Origin: Eledone cirrhosa
Lineage: Eukaryota
Length of the DNA: 64,000 bases
Assembly: GCA_964016885.1 (NCBI GenBank)
Contig: OZ024758.1
Span: forward strand, 8,556,001-8,620,000
Direction: 5' to 3'
Part shown: piece after piece, positions 14,430 through 30,780 of the stretch
Position numbering within the stretch: position 1 is the stretch's first letter
How the letters are laid out: every line of letters starts with the position of its first letter
Position numbers and translations under genes: made by a program
The notes under the pieces: generated by a model
The model's input: only the letters and a program-made list of their open reading frames with translations
Databases searched by the model: none
What the model was told of the DNA's origin: nothing

Positions 14430-15319
14430 TAGGACAAGGTCAAAGAAGGCTACGTCCGGAGTGTCTAATATTCCGATACTGAAATGCATTGTGGGATATG
14501 TGAAATTTATTGTACTCTGTAAGCTCTCACTATTATAACAAGCTAGGCCAATAATAATATTTCCTAGTCACATTAACTTTGGGAAGAAAACCTTTTAGGA
14601 TATATTTTCATACTTTCTAAGGTATTTATGCTATTTAGAAAGAGAGGCTATTAATATAGAGACATTTATGACTAGGTTTTAATCTTTCTGAGATTTATTA
14701 TCAAAACATATATATCTCTTGACCAAATTCCATAGCAATGTCACGGAAATATGTTAAAAGCTGTTTCTTAGCTTCATAAATGCCACTGGCATAGATTCTC
14801 AGCTCGTTAATAAAGAAATTATGGATAACGTTGAGCTTTCTTTCTGTAGTTGAACGGATAATCATAAAACTTCAATATATATATAGGCAATGTTGTGGGT
14901 GGTGGGTTGGTACCAAAAATAGACAACGTCATAAAGTGTTACTTTCAGAGCTATTCAATGTAAGAATCTAATACGAAGAGATTGTTATTGTTTTCTGTAT
15001 CTAATATCAAGACAATTTTCTGCATTGAGCATAATTTTTACAATGGCATTAAAAGAAAGATGTTGGCGCTAGAAAAGTTTTTTTTGTAATTCATCCATAC
15101 TGTCAAAATCTTACTATTTTTTAGCTGTTGGATCTTTGTAGAAAGTAGATTTTTATTATTGGGAATGATCAAAAACTCATTCTTAAACAATTCCTTTCCA
15201 TATTTCTTCACCATCATCGATATCGTTGCTAGACTGATAATAAGCATTGTCGTATCAATTGTAACTGAGAAGTCACAAAAGTATCCTGTTTCCCGTGGTA
15301 TGATCGAGAAAGTCCTCAC
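14430..15319 (-). pseudogene. Decayed reverse transcriptase of an R4/Dong-type LINE
   Basis: Motifs in the expected order: LTVWMNYKKNFSS (~WxDYKKAFDS), HNFFINELRIYAS..AKKQL...DIAMEFG (~HLFFVDDLKLYA..DIGMxFG), HKYLRKYENIS (~YKYLGxDENI), SELTEYNK..HNAF..GILD. Many stops and frameshifts. Confidence 0.75.
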
Positions 15320-16100
15320 TCTCTCTCTCTGTCTCTTGCTTTCTGTTTTTCTCCTTCTCTCAATTTATCTCTCTCCCCCTCTCTCTGCTTTCTTTCACCC
15401 CGCTCTCTCCTCTCTCTCTCACACTCTCTCTTACCCTCTTTCTCTCTCTTTCTCTTACCCTCTTTCTCTCTCCCTTTAACTCTTTCATCCCTTCTCTCTA
15501 TTTTCTGTCATTCTTTCTTTCCTCTCTCTCTCACCCTCTTTTACTCTCTATTTCTCTCTCACCCAACTCTGCCACCTTCTCTCTCGATTTTTCATTCTCA
15601 GTCTGTCTCTCTGGTTTTCTCATTCTTTCTCTCCTCCCTCACCCTCTCTTACTCTCTATCCCTCTCTCTTTCCCACTTTCTCTCTCCCTTAACACTCACA
15701 TCCCCCTCACTCAACTATTCTCTCTCTTTTCTATCACTCATTTCTCTCCTCGTTCTCACTCTCTCCTTCACTCTTTCTCTCTCCTCATAATCCTCTTACC
15801 CCCCCCCCCTCTCTGTTTTCTCCTCTCACTTGTTCCCTCTCACCCTTTCTCTGTTTTCTGTCACCCCCCTCTCTCACACTCTCTTACTTCTCTGTTTCTC
15901 TCTCTCTCCCAACTCTCTCATCCCCTCTTTCTATCTCCCTGCTAACTGTCTCATCCCCCTCCTCTCTCTCTGTTTCTCCCCCTCTCATCCTTTCTCTGTT
16001 TCATATGAAGGTACGGTATATACATTATATACAATATATGAAGGTATATACATTATATATACATTATATGAAGGTATATACATTACACCTTTATTATGAA

Positions 16101-17208
16101 CTAGCAGATTTACCCGTCGTTGCTCGGGGTTTGAAATTATGCTAAGAATATACAGCTAGGAAGTAAAAGAAGAACATTATTTGTCCCCAACCTGTCAAAA
16201 TAAGCAGAAGTCTTTAATAATTAATTGTTTCTACTTTAGGCACAAGGCCAGCAATTACTCAGTGCATTACTGGTACTTTATTTTATCGACCCCGTAAGGA
16301 TGAAAGGCAAAGTCAACCTCGGCGAGATTTGAACTCAGATCGTAAAGGGACGTAACTATGCTGGAAAGCATGGCGTCCGACCCTCTACCGATACTGCCAA
16401 TCCACCGCCCTTTAATAATTAATGCAAACGAATATTTAGTGCAATCTTTGTACACATAAAACTATGGCGATTGTCTATTTTCGGTTATGGGCGGAGCGTC
16501 ATTTACACGCATTGTTTTCTTCGACCGATAGCCAATATGTGAATACTTTCTTTTACGGGGCATATTTGGTGAAAAGTTGTAAAGTCAAAATGTATGAATT
16601 GAAGCGTGACAGTTAACTTTGAAAGTGCAACACATTTTTTTTTTTTTGTATCAACATGGCTTATGAAAGTTTAAAAAATGTAAAAGTTGTAGGTTCCAAT
16701 GGTTTGAATGGAAAGTCCCATAACGATTGTTCTAAAAATAAACAAACCATCATCAAAATCTCGTCAATTCGAGACTGCTGCGAGATTAGGCCCTTAACGC
16801 GAAAATTAACACTTAATATAGTGAAACAAATTAAAATAACAAGTGTTTTTTTTACTTTGAAAGTGCAACAAAGAATAAACAAGAAACAAACGATAATATT
16901 AGTGATTTATCTTCAAATGAATGTGATGTTTATATTTCTGAAAAGTTGGTTATCGCCCTTTTTTTTATAAGGATTGTCAATAAAGTTGGTTATCTCCCTT
17001 ACATCAATTTTGCTACCGTTAATTTTGATATCGATTTTTTATTGCTCAACGTGGGTCGATTTGAAAAATATTTGTGATGTGACAATCTTAGCGACCTGTG
17101 CAACGTGCACAGAAAATTTGGTCAAATTCAGTTGGTAATTGTAAAAGCCTTAAGTATGCAAAGTTGTACACAGACACACACACATCCTCGCTTTTACATA
17201 TATAAAGA
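16101..17208 (-). mobile_element. Non-autonomous Helitron-like element (contains a nested SINE)
   Basis: Minus strand begins A|TCTTTATATATGTAAAAG plus (GT)n at 17208. It ends with hairpin CCCGagcaacgaCGGG, 8 nt, then CTAG|T at 16101. Sits between A and T with no TSD. Confidence 0.7.
16218..16412 (-). mobile_element. SINE family A, full-length short form, nested in the Helitron
   Basis: Full head-to-tail match to 53486-53682. Confidence 0.9.
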
Positions 17209-17527
17209 TGACGCCATGTTAGTGTTACTTCTACACAGAAGTATATATATATCAAACCTTTCTTTTGGCGTTTCCTTTCCACAAAGCTTAACATTCACCC
17301 AATCATCTACTATTTTGACTATGATAATACCTGCATCGCTAAAAAAAAAAAAAGAGGCAAGCTATCAATCATTACTTTGACCTATTACAAACTAATTATT
17401 GGTATTCGATTTCATTGATTTTCAGTGCAGATTAGAACGAATTAACCAACAAATCAAAGTAAGGCGGAAAAAACGACCACAAAAATAAAAAGTGTTTAAA
17501 AATTATATTACTTCATTCGCAATTATC

Positions 17528-17645
<118 letters not shown>

Positions 17646-17834
17646 TGCGTTTGTATATATATATTCGTGTATATATATATATATATATATATGTATGTCT
17701 GTGTGTGTGTGTAACTTGCATATGCATAATCAAATATTATTTAATTAAATCTGGCATATATGTATACCGCCCCACATCCACACACAGGCTCTCGCCTACA
17801 TACTAACGGAAACAAGCCTCCCCCCACACCTATG

Positions 17835-18927
<1,093 letters not shown>

Positions 18928-19132
18928 TTCCAAAATTATTTAATTAAATCTGGAGATGTGTAAATGAATTCTTCACCTTGCTCTTAGATATCCAAGCAAT
19001 GACGTCTGCTGTGGCAAGCTGTGGTTTAGGTGAGGACATATGTTGAAATAATCAACGTTTAATTGAATTCCCTATTGTGGAATAATATTAATAATTATAA
19101 TAACATAAAATATGATGATTGTAATAATATTA

Positions 19133-19530
19133 AACAACAACAATAACTACTACAATAATAACTACAACAACAACAACAATAACTACAACAACAATAACTA
19201 CTACAATAATAACTACTACAATAATAACTACTACAATAATAACTACTACAATAATAACTACAACAACAACAATAACTACAACAATAATAACTACTACAAT
19301 AATAACTACTACAATAATAACTACTACAATAATAACTACTACAATAATAACTACAACAACAACAATAACTACAACAATAATAACTACTACAATAATAACT
19401 ACTACAATAATAACTACTACAATAATAACTACTACAATAATAACTACAACAACAACAATAACTACAACAATAATAACTACTACAATAATAACTACAACAA
19501 CAATAACTACAACAACAATAACTACTACAC
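19133..19530. repeat. AAC/AAT/TAC trinucleotide tract with higher-order periodicity
   Basis: Directly visible; source of the poly-N/Y ORF. Confidence 0.9.
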
Positions 19531-19547
19531 TAATGAAAATGGTAATA

Positions 19548-19697
19548 ATATCGGTTCTACTTTTGGCACAAGGCCAGCAAATACCCAGTACATTACTGGT
19601 ACTTTATTTTATCGACCCCCGTAAGGATGAAAGGCAAAGTTAGCCTCGGCGGGATTTGAACCCAGATCGTAAAGGGACGTAACTATGCTGCAAGCAT
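19548..19697 (-). mobile_element. SINE family A, partial
   Basis: Tail, body and B box match the other copies. Confidence 0.85.
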
Positions 19698-19764
19698 TTC
19701 TATAACGATAATAATAGTAATTCTTGTTAGTGTTAGTAATTGGATGAAATAGCGTCAATAATAG

Positions 19765-20540
19765 TTACTACTACTACTGCTATTACTACTGCTGCTGCTG
19801 CTGCTACTACTATTACTACTGCTACTACTACTACTACTGCTGCTGCTACTGCTATTACTACTGCTGCTGCTACTGCTATTACTACTGCTGCTGCTACTAC
19901 TGCTACTGCTACTGCTGCTACTACTGCTATTACTACTGCTACTGCTATTACTACTGCTACTGCTGCTGCTACTACTACTACTACTGCTATTACTACTGCT
20001 ACTGCTATTACTACTGCTGCTGCTGCTGCTACTGCTACTGCTACTGCTGCTACTACTGCTACTGCTGCTGCTACTACTACTACTACTGCTATTACTACTG
20101 CTACTGCTGCTGCTACTACTACTACTACTGCTATTACTACTGCTGCTGCTGCTGCTACTGCTGCTGCTACTACTATTACTACTGCTACTACTACTACTGC
20201 TGCTACTGCTGCTGCTACTACTGCTGCTACTGCTGCTGCTGCTACCACCACCACCACCACCACAACTACTACTACTACCACCACCACCACCACCACCACT
20301 ACTACCACTACTACCACCACCACCATCCTACACTCACACTCACCCCCACACCCACCCCCACACTCACGCTCACTCACCCCCACACTCAACCCCACACTCA
20401 CTCACACTCACTCTCACCCACACTCACACTCACTCTCACCCACACCCACACTCACACCCACACTCACACTCACACTCACGCTCACACTTCCACTCGCACC
20501 CTCACCCCCCACTCACACTCACACTCACACTCACACTCAC
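19765..20540. repeat. (ACT/GCT/ACC)n followed by a (CACT)-rich tract
   Basis: Directly visible. Confidence 0.9.
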
Positions 20541-21026
20541 ATAGATTAATTCATTAGTTCCTGCCTCCCAGCCAGTCAGATCCCAATATTTTCTTTTTTT
20601 TTCTCACCTTTGTAATCTAGGGGCTTGATCCCGGTGTTATTTTTTTTTTGTTAATATGTTTTTATAGAAATGATGATGATGTTGGTGGTGATCATCTCTC
20701 TTTCCCCCCCCCTCTCTCCCCATCTCTCTCTCTCACTCTGTCTCTCCCCCAGAAGAAGGGCAGATAGTTTACCTATTCATATTTATAAGTAACACTACAA
20801 TACAGGAAGATTATTAGGGGTCTTTGTGGGCAAAATTCAATTTTCGTTTTGAATTCTTCAACGATTGCAAATCCAATTCTCTAACCACTAAGCTCACACT
20901 TTCACCGTTTTAAATAAAACACACACTGAAGTATTGTTCACATTTCTGGAACAGCGTCGCTGTCACTCACAAACATTTTAGAACACAACTGACTAACTAT
21001 GACTGCTTGACACCTAATATATATTT

Positions 21027-21150
21027 ATGGTCTGAGTTCAAATCTCGCCGAGGTTGACTTTGCCTTTCATCCTTACGGGGTCGATAAAATAAAGTACCAG
21101 TAATGTACTGGAGTAATTGCTGGCCTTGTGCCAAAAGTAGAAACAATTAT
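21027..21150 (+). mobile_element. SINE family A, 5'-truncated
   Basis: B box to tail; inverted relative to the copy at 21226-21420. Confidence 0.9.
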
Positions 21151-21225
21151 GCTCTCAATGTCTTTGACGAATTTGTAAGGAGCTATGAAAAGTTACTTCA
21201 GTGTGTCTTCTTTTAGATATCTCTA

Positions 21226-21420
21226 TAATAATTGTTTCTACTTTTTGGCACAAGGCCAGCAATTATCCCAGTGCATTACTGGTACTTTATTTTATCGACC
21301 CCGTAAGGATGACAGACAAAGTTAACCTCAGCGTGATTTGAACTCAGAACGTAAAGGGCCACAACTCTACGCCGCTAAGCATGTTGTCCGACCCTCTACC
21401 GATACTGCCCATACACCACC
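21226..21420 (-). mobile_element. SINE family A, near full length
   Basis: Match from tail to A box. Confidence 0.9.
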
Positions 21421-22025
21421 ATAGACACCTGTATCACAATAAGACACGAAAGGCCAGCAATTTAGGAGGGAAACAGGAAGCTGTGACAAGCAATATTTTT
21501 TCTCAAAAGTATAAGAAACATGATTGGAGTAAAAAGAAACCAATAGGATAGCTTCGATCATTACTGGGTGGGATTTAAACTCAGAATGGAAAGAGCCAGA
21601 ACATGTTATCCGATGCTCTACCAATTCTACACCCCCCCCTCCTCAAACCAACTATATATTGGAATGTTATACATAATGTAATCAATACTACAATGATGTT
21701 AAGGAAAGGACACTATACACCCCCTCCCCCTGGTGCCAGAGTAACTACAACACTTCTCAAAATAAAACAGAGTGGGAGAGAAATAGAGAATGGGTGATAG
21801 AGAGGTTGATGGGACGAGGGTGGAGAGAAAGGGGGAGTAGGAAGGGAAGAGGGAGGGAGAGTGGAGGGGAGAGAGGGAGATATAGATACATAGTTAGAGA
21901 GAGAGAGAGAGAGAGAGAGAGATACAGAAATGATCTTGGTGATTGAGGTGCCGAACTTTGGGAAGAGCGTAATGTTCTTTGGTGGATTACAATGTCTAAA
22001 TTGAATCTTCTCGAAAACCTGGACA

Positions 22026-22075
<50 letters not shown>

Positions 22076-22107
22076 TATAAAATATATAAAAAAGCTGTGT
22101 ATGTGTA

Positions 22108-22144
<37 letters not shown>

Positions 22145-22439
22145 CAGAGAGAGAGGTGGTGAGGGAGAAGATATAGAGAAAAGAAGAAGAGGTAGGCGTG
22201 AGAGGAATAATGGCGGAACGGCAGCTAAACAAAGATCCCTGATCGGGCTTTCATTTCCAGATTATTGTACACATGTAGAAGAGATTGATATAGTAATTAG
22301 GCGGTGTGAAACTGATCGATTTACTAATGTTTAAACGAATTAGAGGGGAAAATAGTCTGTAAATTGAATTAAGAACAGCATCAACGCTAACAAATCAGGG
22401 CCGACTGTATTTCAGGATTTGACAGGATTTTGAAAAAAA

Positions 22440-22953
22440 ACAAAAACAACAACAATAAAAATAGTAGCAGCTACAACAACAACAACAACAACAACAAGAA
22501 TAACGACGACAACACCAACAACGATGACAACAACAGCAACAACAACAGAAACAACAATGACGACAACAACAGCAATAACAAGACCACCACCACCAACAAC
22601 AACAACAATGACGACAACAACAACGACAATGACGACAACAACAACAACAACAGCAATAACAAGACCAACAACAAGAGCAATAACAAGACCAACAATAATG
22701 ATAACAACGACAACAACAACAACAACAACAGCAATAACAAGGCCAACAACAATGACAACAACAACAACAACAACAGCAATAACAAGACCAACAACAACAA
22801 CAACAACAGCAATAACAAGACCAACAACAACAACAGCAATAACAAGACCAACAACAACAAGACCAACAACAACAACGACAACAACAACAAGACCAACAAC
22901 AACAACAACAACAACAGCAATAACAAGACCAACAACAATGACGACAACAACAA
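22440..22953. repeat. (AAC)n-derived tract with recurring AGCAATAACAAGACC
   Basis: Directly visible. Confidence 0.9.
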
Positions 22954-22959
22954 ATACTG

Positions 22960-23590
22960 ACATTGTTTCAACGTTTGGCACAAGGCCAACGATTTGCAGG
23001 GGAGGTAAAGTGGATTAAATCAGAACCCCAGTACATTACTGGTACTTTATTTTATCAACCCCGTAAGGATGAAAGGCAAAGTTAACCTCGGCGGGATTTG
23101 AACTCAGAACCCAAAGGACTGAAACTATGTGGTGCAATGCACCATGTCCGACGTTCACCCGATACTGCCAATGTACTGCCCTCACTGCCCTCAACACTAA
23201 TAGGGTAGAAAGTAGGAGAATGAAAGAGAAAGAGACATAGAGGAAGAATCGACCCCCAGTACAAAGCTGGTACTTTTTTTTATCCACCTCGATTGGATGA
23301 AAGGAAAAGTTGACCGCGGCGGCATTTGGACTGAGGGACCAGAGAACATTCTATCAGACGTTCTAACGACTTTGCCAATTCGCCGCCTAATAATAATATT
23401 ATTTCTAAAGATAAGCCAGACAATTTAGTGTAATTGTTATTCGATTTAATCGATATCTGTACACGACAGCTAGTTTATTCTATTGACTCTGGATTGATAA
23501 AGGTACATATGAACGGATTTGAACTCAAAACGTAAAGAGCCGAAACAAATACTGCAATGCATTTTGTGCGATGCTCTAACGATTTCTGGG
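22960..23590 (-). mobile_element. Three tandem SINE family A copies of increasing divergence
   Basis: Copies at about 22960-23172, 23245-23390 and 23400-23590, each with a reverse-complemented B box (tttgaactca or tttggactga). Confidence 0.8.
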
Positions 23591-23872
23591 AATTTTTCAC
23601 ATTTAAAAAAAATTTATATATATATATATATACACACATACATACATACATATAAATATATTATATGAATATATAATATATGAAAGAATGAAGTTTCACT
23701 TTAAAATATGTTTTATTCATTGTAGAACGTGACTTGTGTTTCACAAATAATCTGCTCTAGGTCCAAATCGATACGATAGACTTAAATGATCCGCTCGATT
23801 ATTTGCATAATTTGACAGAGAAAAGATCATATTATTACCAGTTCACATCAAACTAAGTTTGGTGAAACAATT

Positions 23873-23932
<60 letters not shown>

Positions 23933-23948
23933 GTTCTGATATATATAC

Positions 23949-24520
<572 letters not shown>

Positions 24521-24561
24521 GTATGTATATATATACATATATATATATATATGTATGTTAT

Positions 24562-25168
24562 GTCAGGTCACCAGTTGGTGCTACTGGTAACATGTATCCC
24601 AGTACAACCTGTCTCATGGTCGAGTCGTTGGCGACTAAACTGGCAACACCACCAAGGTTTCTTGGTGAGGAGGGTGACTTTGGACATCCTGCAGGACTAA
24701 AAACAAAACCTGTCAAAGGGCAAAGGAACTCTTAAGAGTCAATGGCCATCCAAAAAAATCACTGGGAGATATGATCCCTTAGCCTTTGTCAAGGCAGAAT
24801 TCTAGAAGGAAAACTCTGATATAACACCTGCAACGCTGATGGTATCCAATGATGTTGACTTGTTCTTCTTTTTGGTAAATATCATCTTGGTTAAGAGAGT
24901 GGGACTGGCTTTGTGCAGTGCCTTTGCTCACTATAAAAACTTCACGGCACAGGCATTGCTTTATATCTGGAGATCTCTCTGCACTTGTCCTCACATGGTA
25001 CCATGGGCCCAGCACTATGTGTCAATAATTGTCACAAGTGTAGTTTGTACCAGAGTTTTCAAGTCGCTGGCTGGACTAAAAAGTCACACTCGTTCAGCGC
25101 ATCAGTAGGGGTTCTCCTACATGGATATAAAGTAGTGGCCGTACTCGAAAAGGAGTTGGCAGCCACCA
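24562..25168 (+). mobile_element. RTE-clade non-autonomous or internally deleted retroelement
   Basis: Ends with a degenerate C2H2 finger (S)VVCTRVFKSLAGLKSHTRSAH* and an RTE-like 3' terminus gtggccgtactcgaaaaggagttggcagccacc, followed by a microsatellite. Confidence 0.6.
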
Positions 25169-25215
25169 TGTATGTATATATATATATATGTATATATATG
25201 TATATATATGTATAA

Positions 25216-25268
<53 letters not shown>

Positions 25269-25502
25269 CACATACATTTTTACAGAGAAACAGACAGACA
25301 TGAGTATATGTGTGTATGTGTCAGTGCGGCAGTGTATGTATGTGTATGTGTGTATGTGTGTATGTATATGTGGGTGTGAGACAGCTGTAGTGCATGTTAA
25401 ACAGAAGCCGGCAGATAACAGAAGATGCTCCCACGTGAAAAGATAATAGAATATTTTTACAATTCGTTTCAGTTGTTTGCAATGAATAATTAGCACAGGT
25501 AA

Positions 25503-25940
25503 TGGAGGTGGCGTTGGCGGTGGCTGTGGTGGTGGTGGTGGTGGTGGTGGTGCAGTTGGCGGTGGTGGTGGTGGTGGCTGTGGTGGTGGTGGTGGTGGTG
25601 GTGACAGTGGTGGTGGCGGTGGTGGTGGCTGTGGTGGTGGTGGTGCTGTTGGCGATGGTGGTGGTGGTGGCTGTGGTGGCGGTGGTGGTGGCTGTGGTGG
25701 CGGTGGTGGTGGCGGTGGTGGTAGTGGTGGCTGTGCTGATGGTGGTGGCTGTGGTGGCGGTGGTGGTGGTGGTGGCGGTGTCGGTGGTGTTGGCGGTGGT
25801 GGCTGTGGTGGTGGTATTGTTGGCTGTGGCGGTGGTGGTGAGTGTGGCGGTGGTGGTGAGTGTGGCGGTGGTGTTGGCTGTGGTGGTGGTACTTGCAGTG
25901 CTGTTGAAGGCGGTGGTGGTGGCTGTGGTGGTGGTGGAGC
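25503..25940. repeat. (GTG)n-derived tract
   Basis: Directly visible. Confidence 0.9.
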
Positions 25941-26214
25941 TGTAGAGAGCGGACCTATTTTCTGTCTCCTTTACTTACTAAACCTTCCTTATCGAAATAC
26001 ACTTCACATGTCGCCATCTCTGCAAGAGAGAAACGGCAAAGAAAGAAGGAGGAAGAAGATGAGGAGAAGGAGGGGGAGAAAGAGAAGAAGAAGTAGTAGA
26101 AGAAGAAGAAGAAAAAGAAGGAGAAAAAGAAGCGGAGAAGGTAGATATTTCAGTTTATTGAATGTTTAACCAGCCTCCAACTGGGGGTTTCGTAGACGAT
26201 TTAACCATAGAGCA

Positions 26215-26425
26215 AGCAGTGGCACTCCAGGCAGAGCCGCTACTTCTTCGAAGTAAGAGATCACAGCTCTGGTATTACGGGCATGTGGTTAGAATGTCTC
26301 AGGAAAGAATCGCTGGACAGATTTTACGGGCAAAACCAGCCGGCAAAAGACCCAAAGGTAGACCCCCGGGCAAGATGTTTGTATAACATCAATGAGCTTG
26401 GTTGGTCTCACTTGGGGATCCAGTC
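26215..26425 (+). pseudogene. RTE LINE fragment (region downstream of RT)
   Basis: EPLLLRSKRSQLWYYGHVVRMSQERIAGQILRAKPAGKRPKGRP matches the typical RTE 'L.W.GHV.RM..R....GKRP.GRP' block. Confidence 0.8.
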
Positions 26426-26639
26426 GGATCAGTTGGAGAGAGAGAGAGAGTCGCTTTCTAACATAGACACAAGACTCTCTCATTGGAATTTACACAGCAT
26501 CAACCAGGTAGCAATGTATGTATGTATGCATGCATGTGTAGATATGGATGTTATTGTATGTGTGCATATGGATGTTTTGAGTTGTATGTGTGCATGTGCA
26601 TATGCTTTGTATCTGTACATGTGTATATGCAGTAATTAG

Positions 26640-26816
26640 ATGCAACATATTTGGAATGTTTTACATATTTTTACTGTTCCATTAATGGACTGTACTTGTA
26701 ATTTCCTAACTAGCTGTGTTCTTTCTGTTCTTGTGAAGCCCAGCTTCTCAAGATTTGTATTGAGGCAGTTACTAACATACCCCAGTGCCCCAATAATCAC
26801 AGGCATAAATCTGAAG
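26640..26816 (-). pseudogene. C-terminus of an R4/Dong-type LINE (restriction-like endonuclease region)
   Basis: FRFMPVIIGALGYVSNCLNTNLEKLGF...KLQVQSINGTVKICKTF; PxIIGALG is characteristic of this clade. Confidence 0.75.
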
Positions 26817-27029
26817 GTATGTATGTATGTGTGTATGTATGTATGTGTATGTATGTGTATGTATGTATGTGTAGATCTGTAACTCCTGGTGGAGTTATAG
26901 GGACGCCATATTGGCATACGACATTTCTTGAGCATTTTGTTTAAACCTGGCAAAGACCAACGTTAGGTATCTAATTATCTATACGTATAACTCTCTCTAT
27001 CCCCCCCCCCCCTCTCTCCACATATAATG

Positions 27030-28740
<1,711 letters not shown>

Positions 28741-28940
28741 NNNNNNNNNNNNNNNNNNNNNNNNNNNNNNNNNNNNNNNNNNNNNNNNNNNNNNNNNNNN
28801 NNNNNNNNNNNNNNNNNNNNNNNNNNNNNNNNNNNNNNNNNNNNNNNNNNNNNNNNNNNNNNNNNNNNNNNNNNNNNNNNNNNNNNNNNNNNNNNNNNNN
28901 NNNNNNNNNNNNNNNNNNNNNNNNNNNNNNNNNNNNNNNN
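28741..28940. other. Assembly gap (200 N)
   Basis: Run of n. Confidence 1.
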
Positions 28941-28985
28941 ACTCTGGAGTTTCGCCTATTTATCACAGGGTCATCAGATATGTGT
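28941..28985 (-). ncRNA. Hammerhead ribozyme truncated by the gap
   Basis: Minus strand: CTGATGA (28977-28971); stem II c-CCTGT-gataa-ATAGG-c; GAAA; stem III CTC-ca-GAG-T. The cleavage nucleotide and the 3' strand of stem I fall in the Ns. Confidence 0.7.
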
Positions 28986-29221
28986 GTGGTGTGTGTGTGT
29001 GTGTCTGTGTGTGTGTCTGTGTGTGCGTGTTGTGTGTGCATGTATACGGTATGTAGATATTATATGTATAATTGTTATATATATTTCATTGTGAAGATAT
29101 TGTCTAGCAACTATAGTGATAATAATTACTTCAACAGTGTGACACAAGATTCTAGAATTCAAGTCAGATCAAAGTCGGATCTTGAATAAACATTTAGTCC
29201 TCACTTATATGTCGTTCAATG

Positions 29222-29705
29222 ATGACTGGATGGACGTCACTAAACGCTGGATGACCTCGACCTTTGTTTGCGTTAATTTTGACTGGATAGACGTCACTAA
29301 ACGCTGGACGACCTCGACCTTTGTTCGCGCTAATTGTGACTGGATGGACGTCACTAAACGCTGGACGACCTCGACCTTTGTTCGCGCTAATTGTGACTGG
29401 ATGGACGTCACTAAACGCTGGACGACCTCGACCTTTGTTCGCGCTAATTGTGACTGGATGGACGTCACTAAACGCTGGACGACCTCGACCTTTGTTCGCG
29501 CTAATTGTGACTGGATGGACGTCACTAATCGCTGGACGACCTCGACCTTTGTTCGCTCAAATTTTGACTGAATGGACGCCCTCGACCTTTGTTCGCGCTA
29601 ATTGTGACTGGATGGACGTCACTAAACGCTGGACGACCTCGACCTTTGTTCGCGCTAATTGTGCTGGATGCACGTCACTAATCACTGGGCGACCTTCACC
29701 TTTAT
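29222..29705 (+). repeat. Minisatellite, 57-bp unit, about 8 copies
   Basis: GACTGGATGGACGTCACTAAACGCTGGACGACCTCGACCTTTGTTCGCGCTAATTGT; period 57 (29281 to 29338). Confidence 0.95.
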
Positions 29706-29867
29706 TCGCGATGCTGCAGATACTTTTGTTAGAACGGGCTCAAGTCATTGCGGGATAAACGTAAAGTAGGTATTCAAACACAAATTTATCATCGTAAATA
29801 ATTTCAATATTTTTAATTCAAAGTAATCATATGTATTAAAGTATTTATCAGATCTTGATGACCATAC

Positions 29868-30012
29868 GTGTGGAGGCGCGTGGTCTAGTGGTAAAGGTGT
29901 TGGACTTGTGATAATAATGTCATGGGTTCGATTCCTTGACTGGGTTGTGTGTTGTGTTCTTGAGAAAAGTACTGCATTTCACGTTTCTGCAGTATACTCA
30001 GCTGAAAATCAG
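29868..30012 (+). mobile_element. SINE family B, 5' half
   Basis: A box TGGTCTAGTGG, B box GGTTCGATTCC, CORE-like segment. Confidence 0.85.
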
Positions 30013-30147
30013 TCGTAGGGTTTCGTCCCTTTGGAATCGTAGGGACGCCGTATGGACATACGGCGTTTCTAGGGCATTTATAAACACGGTGGAGCCCATC
30101 TCATCTCCAGGTCTGAATGCAGCAGATTTATTCCAGAGAAAGGAAGA

Positions 30148-30780
30148 GTGGTGATAGTGATGGTGGTGGTGGTGGTGATAGTGATGGCGATGGTGGTGAT
30201 AGTGGTGGTGGTGGTGTTCGTGGTGATGATAGTGGTGATGGTGGTGGTAGTGGTGGTGGTGATAGTGATGGCGATGGTGGTGGTGGTGGTGTTCGTGGTG
30301 ATGATAGTGGTGATGGTGGTGGTAGTGGTGGTGGTGGTGGTGGTACTAGTTGTGATGGTGGTGGTGGTGGTGATAGTGATGGCGATGGTGGTGGTGGTGG
30401 TGGTGGTGGTGATAGTGATGGCGATGGTGGTGGTGGTGGTGGTGGTGATAGTGGTGGTGGTGGTGGTGGTGGTGGTAGGGGTAGGGGTGGTGGTGATAGT
30501 GATGGTGGTGGTGGTGGTGTTAGTGGTGGTGACAGTGGTGATGCTGGTGATAGTGGTGGTGGTGGTGGTGGTAGTAGTTGGGTGGTGGTGGTGGTGATAG
30601 TGGTGATAGTGAGGTGGTGGTGGTGGTGGTGGTGGTGGTGGTGGTGGTGGTGATAGTGGTGATAGTGAGGTGGTGGTGGTGATAGTGGTGATAGTGGTGA
30701 TAGTGAGGTGGTGGTGGTGGTGGTGGCGGTGGTGATAGTGATGGTGGTAGTAGTGGTAGTGGCGGTAGTGGCGGTGGTGC
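30148..30780. repeat. (GGT/GAT)n-derived tract
   Basis: Directly visible. Confidence 0.9.

Noticed and set aside
30010-30070. Adjacent hairpins with minus-strand agggacGAAAc
   Set aside because: No CUGANGA core or valid stem III/NUH; single copy.
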